Made by a program: the position numbers and the translations under genes
In this document: piece by piece, positions 1-64,000 of the stretch
Layout: each line of letters opens with the position of its first letter
How positions within the stretch are numbered: position 1 is the first letter of the stretch
Source of the DNA: Octopus vulgaris
Taxonomy: Eukaryota
DNA: 64,000 nt
Direction: 5' to 3'
Assembly (NCBI GenBank): GCA_951406725.2
Contig: OX597835.1
Location: forward strand, 16,802,001 to 16,866,000
Notes under the pieces: model-generated
What the model was told of the DNA's origin: nothing
Databases searched by the model: none
Seen by the model: the letters and a program-made list of their open reading frames with translations, nothing else

Positions 1-219
1 ACTGAGAACGCCTGAAGTGGATTGGTAGGTCAGCGCCCGATGGTTGAAGGTGCATGCGTGGAATGAAGACGTCCTCTCCCTTCCCACAACCGGTAAGTAT
101 TGTGGCCGTTATTAAATGTGGTGGCAAATGTTTCACAACCAGACGTGTGCCGTTGCACTGTTTAGGTGGAGTGTGTGTACATGTGTGTATACATATACAT
201 ACATATAAGTTTATATATA

Positions 220-314
<95 letters not shown>

Positions 315-400
315 ATATATGGGTACAGGACTTCAGAAAATGTAAACATGAAATACGAAGACAAACTTATATGTATGTATATGTATACATACATGCACAC

Positions 401-479
<79 letters not shown>

Positions 480-1667
480 CACACATACATATGCACATAT
501 CTATATGCGTGTGTATGTATGTCTTTGTGTGCGTGTGTGTGTGTTGTGTTTGCTTCTCACCACCGCTTGACAACCGGAGCTGGCTTGTTTCCGTCTCCAT
601 GACTTAGTAGTTCGGCAAAATTGACCGACCGAAGTACTGGTGTCGGTCGGCGGTGGGTGTGGGGAGATATCATGAAATATGGCATATACGCCCATTCATC
701 CTGCTTGCATCAGGCGTCTCGAATACGAAACACCATAAAATCAGTGCAGGCTAAGATTTCTATAGTAAAATCCGTAGAGAGAACCTTAACAAGTGATGTA
801 AAAGCACTGCTAACACAGAAGAACACAACATTGACTTATGAAAACGCTTAATATACTTTGTAGTATATTATGATTACAGAATGCTGAAGGGCAATAAAGG
901 AGGAGTTTCAGCTGTAAGAGATTTAGGTGTCATTCTGAAAGAAATTTCGTTGCTATTTTTAGCATGTTGTTCGATCTTGTAAATGGTCTCTTATTGTGCC
1001 ATTGCCTCTAACTCTGATATTAGATTGTCTTCAGCTTTATCTGTTTATATTCAGGCACTGGAACACAGCTCGAAAGGAAACTGTCGTCTCTTCAAGAAAT
1101 ACCGAAATAGAAACTGGTTTTATAACACGGCCATGCATTCGTTTTCATTAAAGTAATTCTATATTCAAGGGAAACAACTCATATGTATGCATGCATGTAT
1201 GTATGTATACACACACACACATACACTCATACACACACATTCACACACATACACACACATAGGTAAAATGAGATTCATTATAAACTGTCAAATGGTGGAC
1301 ATTACGACAAATTAGCGGCCACCAAAATAAAATGGCGAATTGAAACTTGAGATTATCTCAAGAAAACGAACAAAAATATCAAATATACATTATTACATAT
1401 AAACGTAATTTGATTATTTTGCAAAATGGTGGATATCGCGACAAATTAACGAATATACGGAATAAAGGTTATTTGATTATTTTTGTTTTCTTCAAGTTTC
1501 TTCGCCATTTTATTGTGTCGTCTGCTATTCTGTCGTGATGTCTATCATTTTGCTGTGATGTTGATTGTTTACAGATTACTTTGAAAAATAAAAATCAAAC
1601 CTACAAACAACCGAAACAAGAACAAGGAACAAAGACCAAAGCAGTAAAATAGCAAAGAAGTCCTCAC

Positions 1668-57947
<56,280 letters not shown>

Positions 57948-57967
57948 CTGGTTTCGAGAAAGAGAGA

Positions 57968-58025
<58 letters not shown>

Positions 58026-58149
58026 AAGTGAGAAAGCGAAAATGAGAAGATTAGAGAAAGTTCCTTTATTTAGGATATGCAACAAGCTAATCATGCTTAA
58101 TCATGCACGCGTAAATATATACATATACAATATACATACATACACAGAC

Positions 58150-58327
<178 letters not shown>

Positions 58328-59009
58328 TTATGCATATATGTATGTATGTATCTATCTGTGTACTTATAGTTCAAATTTACAGAAAACAAAAGATGAAGAC
58401 AGGTGAAAGAAAAACAAGCTGGTGGATTAGTTTAACGCTTGGGAAGAGTGGGAAAATCTTTGACGTTCCGAGCCCTGGGCCTTCGACAAAAAAGGACTGA
58501 AAAAAAAACGACAAAAAAGGACTGAAAAAAAACGGAGGGGTTAACGGTTCAACATGATAATACACACACACAGACACACACACGCATGCAAACGATTTTG
58601 TAATACTGTCTTACATCCTATGGTACCTACAAAGAGAAATCAGCATCTGCTATAGTTACATTTAATATTAATTGGTATTTCGAGAAGACAATCGATAAAC
58701 GAAGAAATATTCTGCTGTTAGATGTAACAGACCCCTTTACTTCAATACTACCATTTTGGACTTTGGGACCTTAGCAAAATTTCTCCACCTTGTTTCTAAT
58801 TATTGGACCATTTCTCTCGGTTCATCTTTACACAGATGTTTTTTTATAATTGGATACCCAGGCTGGTCATTGCTCATAAAATTCATATTACTATGAGCTG
58901 TGAACCCAAGAGATAGTGGATATTGTCCTCCCTCGCACTAACTTAACAACAGTCAGAGAAGCTTTCCATGTTGCCTGGGGGTAGTGAGAATTTCTTAAAG
59001 CACGTTTGT

Positions 59010-59545
59010 TGCCAAATTTCTATTGAAATTGGTTGCGTTTGTTTCAATTATTTTTTTTTTTAAATAATGAAGAATTCAGTAAAATAGTTTGTCACTATTA
59101 ATCTTGTCTTTAGAACTTAAATTAACATGAAATCTTGCTGGAAGGTTAATTTAGATAGCTTTCACCTTTTTTCTGACTATATTTCTGTCGAAGATACTTT
59201 GTTTTAATTATTATTTTTAAAGAATAATGAAGAATTAAAGACAAAAAAAACTCTGTTATTATTAATCTGGTGTTTGGAACTTAAATTCACATTAAATTTT
59301 GATGGAAGGTTTCAATTTAGACCACTTCAGTCCCTTTGCTATTATATTCCTGTTGAATATATTTTGTTTTAATTATTTAAAAATATAATGAGGTAATTAA
59401 TAAAATACTTTGACATTATTAATCTGGTATTTGGAACTTTGATATTTTGATGGAGGATTTCAATTTAGATCGTTTGAAGCAAAAAAAAAAAAATTGTTCT
59501 AGAACCAGGAGCAGTCTCAGGCAGGTTGACCATAGAAGGGACATT
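59010..59545. repeat. Three diverged tandem units of about 170 bp, probably a DNA-transposon remnant
   Basis: Recurrent ATAATGA...TATTAATCT...GAACTT...GGAAGGTT...ATTTAGA motifs at about 59065, 59225 and 59385. Confidence 0.6.
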
Positions 59546-60251
59546 TGTTATAGCCATAGTAAGCTATCCCATGATAGCTCAGGAAGTACAGAAATATTAA
59601 AGTCGGCACAAGCTTTCCTCATGTTACCACGTAATGGTATTTCGTAAAGTTGCGGTAATTGTAACGTCACAGCAAGACGAAGCCATGGTATAGAGAAGAG
59701 AGGAGAAGAGAAGAGAGAAAGGGAGAGAGAGAGAGAGAAAGGCAGAGGGAGAGGAAGAGAGAGACTTCAGATTAAACACGTACACAGCAACTTGGAAAGC
59801 TGAAATTTCTCACGTTTATAAATGAATAATATTCTGCTTGAATAATCGCAAAAGAATTTACAAGAAATTAAGAAACTAGGTAAGAAAGAAACAGAAAGAA
59901 GATAGTTGAATGTGAATTCATGGAATCTTTCTAGCAGATATAATTGATGCAGCGACAGATAGAAGAGGATAAGTAACGGTCGACTTTCACAAGTAAAAGA
60001 AGCGATGTAACAGAAGAAGCACTCTTTAATATGAAGTGTTTGACGAGAGCACTTCTGTGTTGAAGGAGTCTATAGGATTAAGTATAACCAGTTTCTGCAT
60101 ACAATTGGTGGCATTCTGTTTAATCATTGCCGGAGAGGAGACACGGAGTTTCCGTCGAAGCAGGAATTTGATGGAATTGTTACAAAGGAAGGAACACGAG
60201 TAGAGGTTTTGATTATTCAGAAAGAAAGAGAGAGAGAGAGAGAAAGAGGAG

Positions 60252-60308
<57 letters not shown>

Positions 60309-60323
60309 AAGAGGAGATATATA

Positions 60324-60490
60324 TGGAGGCGCAATGGCCCAGTGGTTAGGGCAGCGGACTTGCGGTCGGAGGATCGCGGTTTCGATTCCCAGACCGGGCG
60401 TTGTGTGTGTTTATTGAGCGAAAACACCTAAAAGCTCCACGAGGCTCCGGCAGGGGATGGTGGTGATCCCTGCTGTACTCTTTCACCACT
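60324..60490 (+). mobile_element. 5' half of SINE family A joined to the 3' end of family C (60491-60540)
   Basis: Family A sequence switches at CACCACT to CTAAAGGCGGTGCTCCAGCATGGCC. Confidence 0.8.
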
Positions 60491-60854
60491 CTAAAGGCGG
60501 TGCTCCAGCATGGCCGCAGTCAAATGACTGAAACAAGTACAAAAAAAAATATATATATATATAGAGAGATAGAGAGAGATAGAGAGAGAGAGAGAATGTC
60601 AAATATTTAATTATTTATGGTATAAATATAATTCATCGGAAAAGAAAGTGACGGAATTATTGATAAGAAATTTCTGGCTTGTAATATAGTACGGATACAG
60701 CACTGCGTCCACTTCACGCTTGATAAATCTATCCGCCCAGCTGGAAGTAGATACCACAATACGGTACAATTTACTGTGCTGCTTCTAGACAACTGCCCAT
60801 CTGCCTGTAGTAGAAGCCACAGTGTGGCAACATTCACAGTACTATAACTAGACA

Positions 60855-61255
60855 GTGGAGGCGCAATGGCCCAGTGGTTAGGGCAGCGGACTCGCGGTCA
60901 TAGGATCGCGGTTTCGATTCCCAGACCGGGCGTTGTGAGTGTTTATTGAGCGAAAACACCTAAAAGCTCCACGAGGCTCCGGCAGGGGATGGTGGTGATC
61001 CCTGCTGTACTCTTTCACCACAACTTTCTCTCACTCTTACTTCCTGTTTCTCTTGTACCTGTATTTCAAGGGGCCGGCCTTGTCACTCTCTGTGTCACGC
61101 TGAATATCCCCGAGAACTACGTTAAGGGTGCACGTGTCTGTGGAGTGCTCAGCCACTTACACGTTAATTTCACGAGCAGGCTGTTCCGTTGATTCGGATC
61201 AACCGGAACCCTCATCGTCGTAACCGACGGAGTGCTTCCACATACCACATTCCAC
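60855..61255 (+). mobile_element. tRNA-derived SINE family A, full length
   Basis: TSD ATAACTAGACA (60844-60854, 61256-61266); short CCACAT-type repeat tail. Confidence 0.95.
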
Positions 61256-61622
61256 ATAACTAGACAACAGTTCACCCAGTTGCAAGTGGTTTAGATTCCA
61301 ACGTGGTTTAGTTTACTGCCCTCTCTCAATGACCCAGACATTTAATCTGTCAATGGCTCAGTCTTTCTGTCTAGACTTCCTAGGTAGTAAGTTGGCACCA
61401 CAATGTGATGAAATATAGTGTATGGTGCCTATGACCAAGATATTTAATTGTATAATACAGAGGTAATATTTATTCCTGCTTAAACGTGGCTATTCTGTTA
61501 AAATATACTATACTGTGGGAGATACCACGAGAGATAATCTCATATTGGTTCTCGGTGCAAAATGTATTCTTTTTTATATCGCTAGCGGGGAGATAAGTCG
61601 CTGTCACCGCCAGCGAGGAGAT

Positions 61623-61667
61623 CATCAGATCACGTAATTTCAACGTTCTTTGGTCTCATCAATGATG
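61623..61667 (-). ncRNA. Hammerhead-like motif (TCACGTGA family) in a repeat at about 61480-61690
   Basis: Minus strand CATCA-TTGATGA-GACC-AAAGAA-CGTT-GAAA-TTACGTGA-TC-TGATG; helix I CATCA/TGATG, AUC triplet. Confidence 0.6.
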
Positions 61668-61928
61668 GATGCTCGACCTCTAGAAATCGTTCTAGGATCG
61701 GTATTGTTTCTCTCTGTGTCACTATTAAGTCTTCTTACTGAAGAGATCAATACCAACAATAATAGAATAGAGGGACGGAAATGAGTACAGGATTGATATG
61801 ATCCTATAAATACCCCTTGAATGTGGTACTCCAAAATGGCTGCAGTTCAAGGACGGAAATCAGAAGAGGGATAAAGAATAACGGAATAAAAGAAAACAAG
61901 ACTATATCAATGGTATAATATACATTTG

Positions 61929-62161
61929 AAGGCGGCGAGCTGGCAGAGACGTTAGCACCTCGGGCGAAATGTGTAGCCGTATTTCGTCTGTCGTTACGTT
62001 CTGAGTTCAAATTCTGCCGAGGTCGACTTTGCCTTTCATCCTTTCGGGGTAGATAAATTAAGTACCAGTTACGCACTGGGGTCGATGTAATCGACTTAAT
62101 CCCTCTGTCTGTCCTTGTTTGTTCCCTCTGTGTTTAGCCCCTTGTAGGTAGTAAAGAAATA
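61929..62161 (+). mobile_element. SINE family B monomer
   Basis: 24-bp TSD with one mismatch, TATATCAATGGKATAATATACATT (61903-61926, 62162-62185). Confidence 0.9.
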
Positions 62162-62547
62162 TATATCAATGGGATAATATACATTCCCTTTAAAGATATA
62201 TTCTCTCTTCAAATAATAAACACTTCAAACTGAACATGCACCGCATAAACCACAACCATTGTCCCACTCTTGCTGCTGTGCTGAGTCAGATGAATAGAAG
62301 AGGGAAAGCATGCAAAGAACTATCTCATTATCCCTGCAGACTATCGATTACAAATTAAGCATCGGCGACGACGACGACGACGACAACAACAACAACAACA
62401 ACAACAATTTAAACCGCCAAAAGTAGTTTCTCCTCGTCACGTGAATGTTGTAAATAATAACCTGAACTGCGTGTTGGGTTTTTATAGAAACAATCCTATA
62501 ATATAATTATATATCTCCTGTGTACCTATATATAGATCGGGCTTCGG

Positions 62548-62609
<62 letters not shown>

Positions 62610-62809
62610 GTATATGTATATATTTATATATTTGTGTGTCTGTATGTGTATGTATATGTATATACGCTCTCTGTATCTTCCCCCGTCGTCTCTTCTGTCT
62701 CTCATACTGATATACACGTCAGTATATATATATATATATATGCATATAAATACATACATACACATACACACATTACATCTTCGTCTTTTGCGTTTTTTTT
62801 TGTAAATTC

Positions 62810-62882
<73 letters not shown>

Positions 62883-63238
62883 ATACATATATACATACAC
62901 ATACATGCATAGGCACACACCTCTATAATATGTATGGCTGCCTGCATATTTCTGTATATAGAAATAGAAAGCACCAAACACGAACGCAAAAACAATATAG
63001 TTGGTATTTACATTGTATATCGTTGTCTGTCTGTCTCCCCCTCTGTCTGCCTGCCTGCCTGTCTGTCTGTCTGTCTATCTGTCTCTCTTTCTCTCTCTCG
63101 AACTAACTACCCATTTCTTCCTCTCTTACAACGACTCTCTCTTTCCCGATCAATTATCGAACAATAATTGTCTCTGTATACGTATTTGTGTTTCTATATA
63201 TCTGTCACTGTTACTTTATGTGTGTGTGTGTGTGTATA

Positions 63239-63327
<89 letters not shown>

Positions 63328-63369
63328 CTCTATATATACATATATATATATATTAGTATATAGATATTC

Positions 63370-63428
<59 letters not shown>

Positions 63429-63486
63429 TATATAAATATTGATAAATATATATATATATGATAAATAAAATATATGCATACATACA

Positions 63487-63519
<33 letters not shown>

Positions 63520-64000
63520 GTACGTACCTACATCTACATGTATATATACATGCATATATAAATATATATACGTGAGTACAGGACACCACAAATAAACGTA
63601 GAACTCAACGAGAAACGAAAACGTAAAAACAAACATGGAAACGGACCTTTTTTTAACAACGAAAAAAAAAAGAGTACAAGACAAACTACACAAGGAAAAT
63701 TCCCCTTCATCAGCTGTCCCTAGTTCCACTCCCTGCGTGTTTCGAAGGTGAGGACAGAACACGACTCGTCGAACTAGTCCTTCCTGCGAAAGAATTAAAT
63801 AAAATTCCTTTGCAGAGGGGTAAAAACAAGGAAAGAAAAAATGTGACAAAAACAGGACGTAAAAACAATACAAATAAAAGACAATTACAAAATAAAAATA
63901 CAAATACAAAAAAATACAGTACAAGAAGGAATAAAAACAGGACAGGAAAACAAACAATGAGGGCCTTTAAGCCTAGACGAGGAAAAATTCACGAGCGCAG

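Noticed and set aside
58740-58990. Possible decayed transposase on the minus strand (ATWKAS...KQG)
   Set aside because: Too short and disrupted to support without a search.
63690-63750. Minus-strand GAAAC...CTGATGA boxes in permuted order
   Set aside because: No NUH triplet or closing helix I could be formed; at most a decayed Penelope-type terminus.

Overview
Eukaryotic, AT-rich, microsatellite-saturated genomic DNA. The SINE families point to an octopus genome (inference from recall, no search run). The window is the middle of one large minus-strand cadherin gene: 11 GT-AG exons between 57947 and 1668 join in consistent phase into about 982 codons of tandem extracellular cadherin repeats (Cad87A / cadherin-23-like). 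Start, transmembrane segment and stop lie outside the window. Two exons (36150-36222, 20446-20596) are not represented in the ORF track. The introns hold at least four tRNA-derived SINE families, an internally deleted mariner, a DD37D/maT transposase remnant, two hAT (Buster-type) non-autonomous elements, a Helitron, and RTE and L1/Tx1 LINE fragments. The most striking unannotated signal is a set of minimal hammerhead-ribozyme-like motifs from several repeat families, probably Penelope-like or retrozyme termini. Some sit in fold-back inverted repeats and on the cadherin sense strand. Also notable: SINE multimers enclosed by single target-site duplications, and a 41-46 kb block that looks like a chimeric assembly consensus. 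Nearly all ORFs in the supplied track are microsatellite translations.
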